From positions 171,459 to 235,458 of the IMG/VR virus record IMGVR_UViG_3300031997_000001: a DNA stretch of 64,000 nt. One strand, written 5' to 3'. Below are positions 40,476 through 51,820 of this stretch, piece by piece; the first letter of the stretch is position 1, and every line of letters starts with the position of its first letter. The position numbers and the translations under genes were made by a program. The notes under the pieces were generated by a model, which worked only from the letters and a program-made list of their open reading frames with translations, was not told the origin of the DNA and made no database searches.

Positions 40476-40662
40476 CATGACAGATCAAGAAAAGGTCTGC
40501 GGGACGTGCAAGCATTATACGCAATTCCAACAGACGAATTGCGGGGATTGCGCTATGAAGCCGCCTTTTCCCGATAATCCCAATACCCGGGAAGGCACCT
40601 GGGATGACATGAGCTGTCCGCGGTGGGAGTCTGTGCAGCTAGCCCCACCTGAGTTGCCGAAT

Positions 40663-41303
40663 CTAGACCAGAACCCGCCTACAGCCTAATCCGAACGGCA
40701 AGTCCGGCACGACCACGATGACTTTTCTTTCCACTGTCTCGATTTCCGACTCTTCTTCGGCTCTTATTTCTTCCGGGTCCAAATATCTCCGGCCAATGAC
40801 GCTGAAAGTACTGCGCCACACGGCTTCCCTTCTCTTCTCCTCTGCCTTTATCGCCACCCTACGCTTCGCTTCCTGGACCTGCTCTATAAGGTCTTTAAGA
40901 ATCTGTTCATCGACCTCTTTGGCCATCTGCTGGGACATTGCCTGGATCAGTTCTTCTTGAAGTCGCTCTCCTATGTCAATGCCGTGAACCGCCTTTAGGT
41001 CTTCCACAGCCTCTACGGACCAGGCTGCCTTCAGCCCTTTCATGGACGGTGTCGGCATTGGTTGCACGCTGACCAGACTATCGGCGAAGTCTTGAGCAAG
41101 GGAAATGTAAAATTCTTCTCGAATGAATTTGCGGGTGAGGGTGTGCCGAACTCTTTTACGAATTCTTCCTGGCTTGAGATGATTTTGGGCAGAGGCCCTT
41201 TGGGTATTTTACCTATGACCCCCGCCCATTTCTTTATAATCTCATTCGGGACATAACCAACCTCGTCGATGAAGGAATACTTTTTGGCTTTTGGCGCGTC
41301 CAT
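40663..41303 (-). pseudogene. miniature T4 gp23-like (major capsid) gene, split by a frameshift near 41090
   Basis: IIKKWAGVI, FTFPLLK // DFADSLVSVQPMPTP, LKAAWSVEAVEDLKAVHGID...EVDEQIL. Confidence 0.6.
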
Positions 41304-41332
41304 GGAATTAAAATACGAACCAAAAGTATCGT

Positions 41333-41929
41333 ATGGCATTCGAACGTCTGCTCTGTGAAGTCCTCGGCCTCGAGGTCATCATAACCGACATCGACGATAC
41401 CCTCGTCGCGGTCGGGAATCGGGCAGTAGAGTCCCTCAGGCAGCTCGACATCGAGGCCACCCCCGAGGACTGGGAAGAAAAGCTGGATGCCCTAAAACAG
41501 AAGGCGAAGCAATCCCAGGAGGATAGGGACAAGGTCAGTCAGTTCTTCAAGATGTTCCTGGACGACGCCTTCACGCATCTGGATGCGCCACATAGAGCCA
41601 TTTACGATTTCATCCGTATCCTGGCCAGCAAGTCAAGCCTCCCCGTGGTAGCCGTCTCCGGCCGGCCGGAAAAGATGATCAACAGCGCCATGAAGATACT
41701 CAAAGGCATTCCGCTGACGGACATCATCCTGAAGCCGGAAGGCCAGCGGATGCTAAAAGCGCCGGAATACAAGGTGGATGCCATTAGAAGGAAGAATTAC
41801 ATACCCAAGTTCGTAATTGATGACGAGCCGACTGTCCTGGACGCGATCGGGAAGGAATGGCCCGACGCCGTCCTCTATAGGGCACATAACGGAAGCATAG
41901 TCCCCTATTTTAGCAAAGATCAGACATGA
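41333..41929 (+). CDS. HAD phosphatase (polynucleotide kinase 3'-phosphatase-like)
   Basis: DIDDTL, VSGR, K, VIDD motifs. Confidence 0.8.
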   Translation: MAFERLLCEVLGLEVIITDIDDTLVAVGNRAVESLRQLDIEATPEDWEEKLDALKQKAKQSQEDRDKVSQFFKMFLDDAFTHLDAPHRAIYDFIRILASKSSLPVVAVSGRPEKMINSAMKILKGIPLTDIILKPEGQRMLKAPEYKVDAIRRKNYIPKFVIDDEPTVLDAIGKEWPDAVLYRAHNGSIVPYFSKDQT

Positions 41930-44147
41930 CATTCCTGGAACGGCTGGAACAGGCGATCAACGAAGTCATTTCCGGGCGCCATGCGATGGCTCTCGATCCG
42001 CGGACGTTCTTCGATGTAAAGCTTACCAATGACCGCTCGGTCGGTGACATCATCGAGGTGGACTGGCGGGCCGAGCTCAAGCATGACAAGCCGGATTTCG
42101 GCAAGAAGAGGCCCATCGCGGCGGATGGCGTTGCGGTCGCGGCTCCGGGCCAGAAGGCAGAAATAGAAGTCCTGGAGTGGGAAGTGGGCGGCGTGACGAT
42201 TCCCAAGAACCTCTGGCACAACAACGTCCGCGGCGAATGGGAAGCCGCGATCGAGAAGGACGTGCGGGCCGCCGTAGCGAACCTGGCATCGGAGAAGAAG
42301 GCAGAGGTGCCGCCTCCGCTCCCTAATGCTGCTCCTGAGGAGCCGCCTCCACTTCCTTCACGCACTGGATACCCAGAGTCTTTACGGCAGAGACTAAATC
42401 AATTGCTGGGCGAGGTTTGATGCCCGGCGAGATCCCGACAAGCTTGTACTGGAAGTTGTAGATCATCCTCCGTATGCATCCGTGGCAGACCCAGACATAG
42501 GCACCATCCCACTTATCTTCTGTGCGTTCGGCCACGCCCTGGCAGTACCTGCAGGTTGTTTCCATGGCGGCATCAAACCACAAGATTCGTTTGGCGTCAA
42601 TAATTCACTGTCTCGTATTTAAAAGCCATGTCTCCCATGCCTCTATCTGGTTGGGCTGGAGTCCAGGGCGGCCAAGGCGGCAACCAGGGTCGTTATGTGC
42701 AGAAGGCCGCAGACTTCCAGGCTATACAGAAACTCAACGATGGTCCTCCCCTCTCAAAAGATGGATATAGACAGTTCTTCTCCAAGAAACAGAGTTCTGC
42801 GGGAATATTCTTCACCGCACTAGACAAAAAGTGGAACAAAATCGGTATAACCATCCGGGGGCAGATCGATACGGACTTCGGTCCCTCCTGCATCGCTAAG
42901 GTGATGGACCTATCCGAGAAGGACGAAATTCAGAAGATCGCAGAATCGCTCGAAAAGAAGACGATGGTCTTCAAGATCAAGATAACGAACATGGGCACGC
43001 CTTATGAACCGGCCCTGGTCGTCAAGAAGACAGTGGACGTGCAGGATAGCTGGAACGGGCTTTGCAACATCCTCCTCGACGACATTACCGTTGGGCCGAT
43101 CAAGAGCAACTGGAATGTTAATATCGTGGTCACGCGGGAAGGAACTGATCCGCAGGATACCTTCGAAGGTACGTTTAATTTGAAGGATATGGAGGTATTT
43201 CTTCCGCAGGTCGCGGAGGAAATGCGAGAGGAAATGCAGGCCCAAAAAGAAGGCGCGCCAAATGTGCAAAAACAGCTCGATGAGGCGATGAAGAATCTCG
43301 AGTCGATTACGAAGGCCGTAAAAAAGCTCCAAAGTCCTCTCACCGTCCTAGATCCAAATACGTTTGAGCTAGTTCCGGCGCCACAAATGCCTGTCCAGCC
43401 AAGCGCGGCAACCCTGCCAGGCGTCATCACCGCTGAGGTCCTGAAGAACTGCGATATGGCGACGCTGCAGAAATTGAAGCAGCTCGGCATCCTGCAATTG
43501 GAAAGCAAGATCCTGCAATTGGAAAGCAAGCAGGTTCCTATTTTTGGCGACCCACTCTCCCCTCCCGCGGTCATAGACAAGCCGTCGGGATTGCCGCTTG
43601 GCAAGATGGGAGGCAGAAAGGTGGATCTAACATGAGCCCGTTAGCAGAACTCATCAAGAAATGGACAAGCAAGAAGGGAAAGGCAAGTATCCTCCCGAAG
43701 CCGATCACAGCTCCCGGAGCTGTCAATCCTAATTGGAATCCGTTGGCGGTAGACGAAGAAGTCTACATGCCTCTGGGCGTACAAGGGCTTGTGGGCGGCC
43801 CGGGAGTCCAGGGCTGGCAAGGGTCTGTGGGCTGGCAAGGGTCTGTGGGCTTGCAGGGTCTTGGAGGCTACCAGGGAGGCAGTCAGGGCAGTTGGGGCGG
43901 TTGGACCCCTGGTAATCAGGGGTTCAATAACCCGCCGCAGGCGGTCCAGGTCTCCGTCTCTTCCGCCCCCGTGAATGGGGTCAGGGAGGTCACGCTGACT
44001 GCAGAGGGCCTTGGCAAGAAGATCTCCATCCAGGGATTTGGCGTGCTGGTCTGGGACGGGAAGGAATGGCGTCTGGACGGGAGGAAGGCGGGCGAGATAG
44101 CTTCTGGTCCGATCGGCGAACTCGGAAATCGGATCATTTCTTTCTGA
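41926..44147 (+). CDS. hypothetical proteins 41926-42420, 42628-43635 (21-nt tandem duplication at 43489-43530) and 43632-44147 (Gly-x-Gln-Gly repeats)
   Basis: Long clean ORFs; GxQG repeats include an 18-nt tandem DNA repeat. Confidence 0.65.
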
Positions 44148-44938
44148 AGCGGTCTACGACAATGAGAATAATGCTCACGACGAGAGCTACGATAAGGGCC
44201 TGGTATCTGAACACTTCTTCTTCCATCCTCATCTCTTCGGAGCCTTCTTCTGGGTCTTGTTCAGATAGCCGTTGATGTTCAACATGACCTTGTCATACCT
44301 GTCCCAATCCACTACTGTAGCGTTATCTCCGGCATCCGGGTTTCCTTGAATCCCATCCTGTAGGAAATCGCGGGCCATGATCAGAATCCGGCGGTCTTCC
44401 GTTGTCTTCGGCATTTTAGCTCCTATGTGCTAATGCGATCGAAAATTTCTGTATTCTCAAACGTAGCATCCACGACGCTGGAAGTTATGATTTGGCATCG
44501 GGGTCCGACGACGGTCCGAAGGACCTTGTCCTGCGTGACGACGCAAAGGACCCAGCTTCCGTGTTCCAAAAGTGCCTTGAAGAACGCAACGTGATCTGAC
44601 TCATTGGGCTGGTAGTTTAGACGCCAGTTTATGGCACAGAGTTTCCCGTCGATTGCGACCGGGACCGCCACATCCTCATCGACGAACACGTGGTAGGTAC
44701 TACTGAAGATCCTTAGGATAATGAATTGCTGCCCGGACAGGAACCGAAGAAGCTTGCTTGCGCTCTCTTGGTTCGCTGATTGGCGATAGTCAGCGGCGAA
44801 GACAGGAAAGCGCCCGTCCTGATTCAGATTTATGGTGCCTACTAGGCACCGAGTTGGCTCTTTGTCGTGCAGGACGACTATCTTGCCCATGTTGTATCTT
44901 TCCCGCTCCGTTTCTTAAATACAAAGAAAATATACGCT

Positions 44939-45487
44939 ATGAGACTTTGTCTTTTACATGAAGCCGAAGCAGGCCAGATAGACATCCTCCAAGTCGCTAA
45001 GATACTGGAGAGCGAGGTGTTCTCCGGAATTAAGCGACTTGGGAAGGACTTCCACTCATTCCAGTTTAACTGGCCCAGCCCCGTTAGCGACACCATCCGC
45101 GACGACGTCATAAGATGCCGCGTAAGCGCCGGCGCCGGTGGCAGGCCCGTCGCGGAGAGGACTTATCTCATAAGCCTTGGAACGGGTAAGCCCGGCAAGC
45201 AGAAATCGAGGGATGAAAAGTGGGCGGATATCATGCAGAAGGCGGAACAAGCTACGCAGAGCATACCCCTCTTCCTGGCCAGGACAATCTTCGGCGTTTT
45301 AAATAAGGAGAGGCGCGTACAAGCGGGCCCAATCATGGTAGTGCAAGCGGTAGAAAAAGAGAAAGTGGTAGAGACCAAGAATTATCCTATCACGTCGATA
45401 GGGCTAAAGGATCTCAGATTGGATATTTGGGACTGGGCGAAGAATGCCGTGCTCGAGGTCATGCCGGGGGCGCAGAAGCTTCGGTAG
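44939..45487 (+). CDS. hypothetical protein with MRLxxLxE N-terminus
   Basis: TAAATA at 44916; starts MRLCLLHE. Confidence 0.7.
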   Translation: MRLCLLHEAEAGQIDILQVAKILESEVFSGIKRLGKDFHSFQFNWPSPVSDTIRDDVIRCRVSAGAGGRPVAERTYLISLGTGKPGKQKSRDEKWADIMQKAEQATQSIPLFLARTIFGVLNKERRVQAGPIMVVQAVEKEKVVETKNYPITSIGLKDLRLDIWDWAKNAVLEVMPGAQKLR

Positions 45488-45661
45488 GTCCTTTGGTCTT
45501 GTATGCCGCTCTTCTTCTCGCGTTCGCACAGATCTTACAAAGGTTTCTACGGCCATCGCAGTTCTTGACGTCCACGCCAAATTCCTCGACCGTCTTGACC
45601 TGCCCGCATCCGCCGAGGTTCTTTCGACATTCCTTGTGCGTGATCACAGCAAAGCTACCTT

Positions 45662-45832
45662 ATGAAACTCGAGCTGCTTGCCGAAGATGTGATTCTGGAA
45701 CGCATCAAGAAGATCGGCCCCGGGAAATGGCGAGTCCTTTCCAAGAAGGGGAAGAATCTCGGCACGTCTTCGTCGAGAAAGGGAGCCGTAAAGCGCCTAG
45801 GCGAAGTCGAGTTCTTCAAAAGCCAGAAGTAA
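45662..45832 (+). CDS. 56-aa basic protein (not in ORF track) with MKLxxLxE N-terminus
   Basis: MKLELLAEDVILERIKKIGPGKWRVLSKKGKNLGTSSSRKGAVKRLGEVEFFKSQK. Confidence 0.7.
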   Translation: MKLELLAEDVILERIKKIGPGKWRVLSKKGKNLGTSSSRKGAVKRLGEVEFFKSQK

Positions 45833-47730
45833 TCACCTCCGGAACCCTCTCTGCATCCGCGGCGGTACGAATCCCTTCCTCTGCGATACCGCAGAAACTT
45901 GTGGCTGGACCCGGATAGGTTGCCCCACGACGCGGATCTTGGGCTGAATCGCATTCAACCCCTTGCGCTTGTCGATGACTGCCGGACGCGGCGGAATCGG
46001 GCTCGTCTCAGCAACCGGGCCGGGCGCCATTACTGAAAGATGTGCAATGTAGGAAGCAAGCCAGGATCTCATCTGGGTATCCGGGAAATCCTTCAGGCAC
46101 TGTCCAGTCGTCCAGAGCTCCGTCTTGCCGGAATATTTCTTCTGGACTTCGGGGCAATTCGCGAGGTGTATGTTGTCGATGATGTGAAGTGGGATGTGGC
46201 AGTACGGGCATTGTACGAAAATGAATTCCGCAACTCCGCCGAAGGCTTCATCCGCCTTCTGGATCGCAACCGTGGGGTTGTCGCCATTCACCTTAGCTTC
46301 CAGAGACAGTATACGGAGGGCGCTATGGTTGATGTTCGCTGTCACGAAGGTAGCGAAGTCGTCCGCAGCCTTGTCCGCTACGAAGGGACTCGGCTTCAGG
46401 CTAAACTGAATCCGGCCTGCCATCTCCCGGAGGTCTGCTGGGACGACCGGATACGGTGGGACTTCCTTTTTCTGCTCAGCTTTTGCCTTTGGCTTGGTCA
46501 TTGGCTTCTTCCTTTAAACTTGGGATGCACTTCTCTATCTCTTCGCGAGGATAGCCTTTCAAGAGCCAGTACTGGATCATGGCTTCCCGGCCTTCTTTTT
46601 CATCCAGATTGACGACGAAATAGTGGAGGCCCTGGAGATTCATCATGCCATCCAGCGTACTCTTGAACGTCTCGATTTCCCGGGGGCCGATGTCTGCGTT
46701 GAAGACGGCCTTCATGAACTTGGCAAATAGGCCGCCAATCTTCTCTCTCTTGATGACGATATACTTCTGAAAGTACTTTGATTCCTCTTCCTTTGCCTGC
46801 TTCACGAGCCTGAGGCGAAGTGGTTCCATATTTATTAGATACACAAATGATTGACAACAGAATCCAAGTCTGTTTTAAATATCTGTATGAAAATCAGCCA
46901 TTTTGCCGTTCGGCTGGGGGCCGACGTCAGGGATGGTTCTCTCTTCCCTCCGTCCAAAGAAGACGTCATCTGTAGCTCTTCCGATATTAATGACATGAAA
47001 AGCGCCGGCACCCTTATTTACACTGTCAGATATACGGGTTCTCCGTGCGGTACAGGTAACGGAAAGGTCTTCATTGCAGCGCATCTCGACAGATCACAAT
47101 TCATCCCAACGGGAAAAGAGGAACGATACTACAGGGCTTACCGCGAGATGGCGAGCATAGAAGGCCATCCGTTCCTGCCACAAAATCTCGCCTGGTCGCA
47201 CTCAGAAAGACAGTATAGGCCCAACGAAGCCCTCCTCCTTGCCAAATCCTGGTTCCATAGCGACAAGAGCAAGCCGGCTGTCCTCGTCGAGGAACTCTAT
47301 ATCGGCAACATCCTCGTGTCCGCAAGGACGATAGCGATGGCTACCTGTATTTCACACGCATAATCCAAAAGGGACCCCCATGAACAACGGATCTCCGAAA
47401 CCACCCTATCTGCCTGGCGGCGAACCAGCGCCCGACGTCAAGGACGCTCTCTTGAAATCCGTAATAGAAAAACTTTCCCTCGCGGACGGGGACCTCATTA
47501 TCATTAGGCTTGCGATAGAATACCGTAGGAAGCTTAGCCAGCAAAAGGCCCAATTCTGGATGAAGGCCTCTGGGGCGGCCCTCCGGAAGGTCCTGGATGG
47601 GATCGGGAAGAAGAAAGTGGACTTCGCCTTCCTGGATGAAGGCATCAAACTGGAGAAGGTACCGCTCGTGGATCTGAAGAAACTCGTCGCGAAGCTGGAA
47701 GCGGAACAGAAGGAGGAGAAACCGACTTAG
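45833..47730. CDS. hypothetical genes (45833-46501 minus, 46476-46829 minus, 46887-47363 plus, 47380-47730 plus)
   Basis: Divergent pair, each side preceded by TAAATA. Confidence 0.6.
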
Positions 47731-48713
47731 ATTATTGATTTGGCGTGCTCGAGCATCTTATCCGCCTCCCCTACAAATCCTACCGTCCTCAGCAACCCCG
47801 CCAGCCTGTGGAAATAAGTGTGCCCGTCCAGGATGTCCCTTCGCTGTCTCCGGGCGAGTTCCTGCCGCTGTGGTTCCATCTCCGGTCTGGACCATTTGAC
47901 ACAGAGCTCTATGAACTCCATCGGCCCATTCGCCATAACGATGTTCGGCGAGAATCGTTCCAGGCCCTTTATAGGATCGTGGACGGCCAGGGCGCCACAG
48001 AGGATGACCTTGAATGCCCGCTCTGGTAAATCTATTCCCCATTGCGTGGTATGGGGTTCGGCAACGCAGGGGCAGACTCGGCATCTCGAAAAGAAACCAG
48101 CCACGTCCTCGTCCCGAATGACACCAGAGCTGATCCCGGGCTGCCAACCGCCCCAGCCATGGACTTTACAGCCAAGTGTCTTGTTTGAGAAAAGGGGGAA
48201 CAGGTATCTGTCCAAATTCTTGGCCTTGTAATCCCAGCGACCGCCAACGTACCCTATGGGGATGTCGCGCGGCACCGGGGCGTTTGTTAGACCTTGCCTG
48301 GAATAGAAGACAGTGGCATCCCCGGCCGTAGCCATCGGCACCCAAGGGATGCCATGTTTTGAAGTCCAATACTCCCAGAATCTCCCGTCGTCTTTGTGGC
48401 CGTATCCGAATACGGCATCTGGCCGTTGCGCGAGAGTCCAGTTTATAGCCTCCTGTGGCTCATCAATGCCTTTAATTTTTTCTGGCCCGTAAGGGTTCAC
48501 ATGGACGGCCAATTTTGTTCTGCCGCGCGGTGCGGGTATGGGTTGGCGGTGGCCAGAACATGCGATTATCAGATCCGGATCAAATATATTCCAGGAGCTT
48601 TGTTTGCCGTCCCAGCGTTGCGCTTGGTGACCCGCGGCAATGAAGGCATTGAGCCATCCATCTGATATGAAGCTGAAAGCGCCCCCGGGTCTATGTGGTA
48701 ATAGCACGCGCAT
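47727..48713 (-). CDS. CgeB-like (GT-B) glycosyltransferase
   Basis: DIPIGYVGG, CKVHGWGGW, PERAFKVILCGA, HTYFHRL. Confidence 0.75.
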   Translation of the reverse strand: MRVLLPHRPGGAFSFISDGWLNAFIAAGHQAQRWDGKQSSWNIFDPDLIIACSGHRQPIPAPRGRTKLAVHVNPYGPEKIKGIDEPQEAINWTLAQRPDAVFGYGHKDDGRFWEYWTSKHGIPWVPMATAGDATVFYSRQGLTNAPVPRDIPIGYVGGRWDYKAKNLDRYLFPLFSNKTLGCKVHGWGGWQPGISSGVIRDEDVAGFFSRCRVCPCVAEPHTTQWGIDLPERAFKVILCGALAVHDPIKGLERFSPNIVMANGPMEFIELCVKWSRPEMEPQRQELARRQRRDILDGHTYFHRLAGLLRTVGFVGEADKMLEHAKSII

Positions 48714-49812
48714 ATCATCTATGTACTTTTTGCCAATAGATTCGCAGCATCGGCGACTAAAGATAGGTACTATCGTCGGCCATCTAAAAGTGGTGAGTCG
48801 CCCTTTTCATATGCAACATGAACCAAAGCGCGTTTTCTATAAATTCTACTGCGAATGTGGTAATAAATGCGTAAAGTGCATATCAGAAGTGAATTATGTG
48901 GCAAAATCATACCCGCCACATTGTGGGTGCCGCGCAAGGGAACATTTATCAAGAAGCCAAACTAATCTTACCCCAAGGTGCAACGTATGTGGCACTACCG
49001 AGTTATCCCGCTTCAGACCAAAACGCAAGAATATTTGTTATGAGTGTAGGAAATTAAAGAAAAGACTAGAAAGTAGAGAAAGGCAAAGTAGCCCGGCTAG
49101 GCGACGGCAGCACAACGACTCCATAAAACAACACAGAGAGAGCACTCCGGAAAACTTCCTCAGATCCGCTCTGGCAAGGCTACGAAAACCTTGCGATTTT
49201 GGCATTGAATACCTAATGCAGCTATGGGAACGTCAAAATGGAAGATGTAAAGCCACCGGCATTAAAATGACACACTGCTTTAGACATCTTCTTTCAGTAT
49301 CTATTGACCGCATCGATAACAATATGGGGTATAACAAAGGAAATATTAGACTGGTATGCAAATGGGTAAATTTGGGCCGTCGAAGACATACGGCCAGAGA
49401 ATTTAGAGAAACACTAAAACAGTTTAGAAATGGCGGCGGTCGGGAATACAATACCAATGATACCAAAATCAGAACATACTTCAGGCATTTATTCCGAGTA
49501 ATAAGACAACGTATTCATAGCAAAATATTCAAAAGACGAAAGGGTTTTAACCATAACTTAACGCTCTATTTCTTATGTGATCTTTATAAGAGTCAAAAAG
49601 GACGATGCGCTATCACGAAAGTGCCGATGAGACTCCAGGGAGGTCATCTAAATTCCTGTAGCATCGACAGGATAGAGAATTCGACTGGCTATCTAAAGGA
49701 TAACATCCAATTGGTATGCGTGTGGGTCAATTTGGCTCGGAGCTATCACGCGTTAATTGAATTTAAAAGAATGCTCCGAGCACATCAATCTAAATGCCCA
49801 GGCTATCCATGA
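48640..49812 (+). CDS. HNH-type endonuclease with two tandem nuclease domains (likely start 48721)
   Basis: GRC..T.....SIDRI.N..GY...NI.LVC.WVNL.R occurs twice; markedly lower GC; antisense insertion. Confidence 0.8.
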   Translation: MKALSHPSDMKLKAPPGLCGNSTRISSMYFLPIDSQHRRLKIGTIVGHLKVVSRPFHMQHEPKRVFYKFYCECGNKCVKCISEVNYVAKSYPPHCGCRAREHLSRSQTNLTPRCNVCGTTELSRFRPKRKNICYECRKLKKRLESRERQSSPARRRQHNDSIKQHRESTPENFLRSALARLRKPCDFGIEYLMQLWERQNGRCKATGIKMTHCFRHLLSVSIDRIDNNMGYNKGNIRLVCKWVNLGRRRHTAREFRETLKQFRNGGGREYNTNDTKIRTYFRHLFRVIRQRIHSKIFKRRKGFNHNLTLYFLCDLYKSQKGRCAITKVPMRLQGGHLNSCSIDRIENSTGYLKDNIQLVCVWVNLARSYHALIEFKRMLRAHQSKCPGYP

Positions 49813-51709
49813 GGGGGCCGTACCCGGCAGTACGCAGCTTTCCGCGACAATATCCCGACAATTGGGTCATGTCATGCCCGACCTTGAGATTGGCGAAGAG
49901 CTTCTTATTCTTCACGTGAATTTCCTTCCATCCCGGCGGGCGACCATGATCTAGATGGATGAAGGCCTCCGTCCGCACGTCGAAGAACTTTCCGAGGTTC
50001 TTGAGCCTATTGAAGAAGTCGCAATCCTCGCATCCGTACCCGATGAACTCCTCTAGGAACCCGCCGCAGGCGAAGTACGCCTGCTTTGTGCAGGCCAGAG
50101 AGCCTCCCTCGAAATAACCGACGACCTGGCTCGACTTCAGGCTCTCGCTGATTCTGAATTGGGAAATAATCTCACTCGTGCTAGCGCTGTCCATGTAGAT
50201 AACTTCCTTGCCGATGTGGGCTCCTTGCTGCCCTTTCAGCACGCCCATGAGCTTTCTAAGATAATCCCTATGGAAGATAATGTCCCCGTCCTGCAAGACC
50301 AGCTGTAGATGCTTCGTCTCTGCTACGCCTTTGTTGAAGGCGACTGCCTTGCAGAAAGGCTGTTCGCGTGGTGCCCTGATGAATAACTTCCGAGCGAACT
50401 GGCTCAGGCGGATCTTCTCCGTCTCGTCCTGCTCGACGACCAGGATCTCTACGGCGGGGAAGTTCTGGCCCTTGATACAGGCGATGACCGCATCGACAGA
50501 CTTCTGTCTTTCCAAACCGCGGCAGGGAATGACGCAGCTTACGCTCGGTACGTCTGAACGCGGCGTGCGCTGGACGTGAATTCGAGCAGGATTTGTCTTT
50601 ACGCTTTCCCAGAGCTCTCGCGCCTTGAGCAGCAGCTGAACCCTGCCCTCGACGGCGGAAGACTCATTATGGAGCTTGAAGAACTGCTCCGAGCCCTCCA
50701 CGTCGTGGAACCCTCGCGGCTGGATGCCGGAAAGGGATATGCGATTGGACCAGTCGACGTGCTCCATTCCATAGAGCCCCATAGACTCGTCCATGAAGCC
50801 GACGGCCCTGGCCGCGGCATCGTCGTAGGCTATCACGGCGCCCTGCGGCTTATCATGGACCGACTTGATGAGCCTGCCCTTGATTCTGGTTTCTACGACG
50901 CCAGTCTTTGCTGCGCCATAGACGCCAAGCTGTCTGAAGCAGAAATGATGGATCCCGGATTCGGCCGTAGCCACCGGATAAAACTGCTCCCAACCATTGG
51001 CCAGGATCTCGACGTCGTCATTGAGGATGACCTTATGTCTGAACCTATCTAGGCATTGGATGAGGCGATTTGTATTCCCTGCAACCCCAAGACGTTCCTG
51101 ATTGTCCAAAAGGACGATCCAGTCGACGGTCCGCAGCCATTGCTTCACTTCCGGCTGGGATGACTCATCGCTGACGAAGACGGTTGTTCTCTGGAGGTTC
51201 GTGTGAGCCGCAATAGACGCCAGAAGTCGCTGGATGGATCCGAGCCTGTTGTAACTTAGGATGCCGACGCCAATGTCGTTGGAAAGGCAAATTCTGAAAG
51301 ACGGAATGATCATCTGGAAATACTTTGTCGCGACCTCCCCGTGAAAGGTCGTCTTTCCGACGATAGGACCATGGTTCCTAATGTTTACTGGCTGGCGCGG
51401 ATGGCCATGCCGCTCATTCAATACCTTGATCGCACGATTCGCATATTCTACTCGAATTCCTTTTATGCCAGTGGGGATCTTGGGTCGGGTGGCACGTGCG
51501 ACTTGGACTTGCGGACGCGTATTGGGATTGATTACGGAGATGGAATCCCTTTCTACTCCGCGGACCGGTCGGATGAAGTTGGGCGCATACCTGGAAAACC
51601 AATCCTGGAGGACGACCTTCTGCTTGCCGCCTACGACGATGACCTTCTTGTCCGGACCCATCAAGTGTACGCTATGCTGGTTCGGATTGACAAATTCGAT
51701 GAGGGGCAT
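49790..51709 (-). CDS. two-domain GT-A glycosyltransferase (GT2-like + GT7/galactosyltransferase-like)
   Basis: ILSYNR...VSDES...LNDD; second domain QDGD, FIGYGCEDCDF. Confidence 0.8.
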   Translation of the reverse strand: MPLIEFVNPNQHSVHLMGPDKKVIVVGGKQKVVLQDWFSRYAPNFIRPVRGVERDSISVINPNTRPQVQVARATRPKIPTGIKGIRVEYANRAIKVLNERHGHPRQPVNIRNHGPIVGKTTFHGEVATKYFQMIIPSFRICLSNDIGVGILSYNRLGSIQRLLASIAAHTNLQRTTVFVSDESSQPEVKQWLRTVDWIVLLDNQERLGVAGNTNRLIQCLDRFRHKVILNDDVEILANGWEQFYPVATAESGIHHFCFRQLGVYGAAKTGVVETRIKGRLIKSVHDKPQGAVIAYDDAAARAVGFMDESMGLYGMEHVDWSNRISLSGIQPRGFHDVEGSEQFFKLHNESSAVEGRVQLLLKARELWESVKTNPARIHVQRTPRSDVPSVSCVIPCRGLERQKSVDAVIACIKGQNFPAVEILVVEQDETEKIRLSQFARKLFIRAPREQPFCKAVAFNKGVAETKHLQLVLQDGDIIFHRDYLRKLMGVLKGQQGAHIGKEVIYMDSASTSEIISQFRISESLKSSQVVGYFEGGSLACTKQAYFACGGFLEEFIGYGCEDCDFFNRLKNLGKFFDVRTEAFIHLDHGRPPGWKEIHVKNKKLFANLKVGHDMTQLSGYCRGKLRTAGYGPLMDSLGI

Positions 51710-51820
51710 GACATATCTACTTGTTGCGGCGCGCCTTTCGCTTTCGCTTCGCTTCTAGGAACATCGGAAGCGGCCTCACGAGGGTTACGCCCGCGATGTT
51801 GGAGTGAAGTCTCTTGAGTT

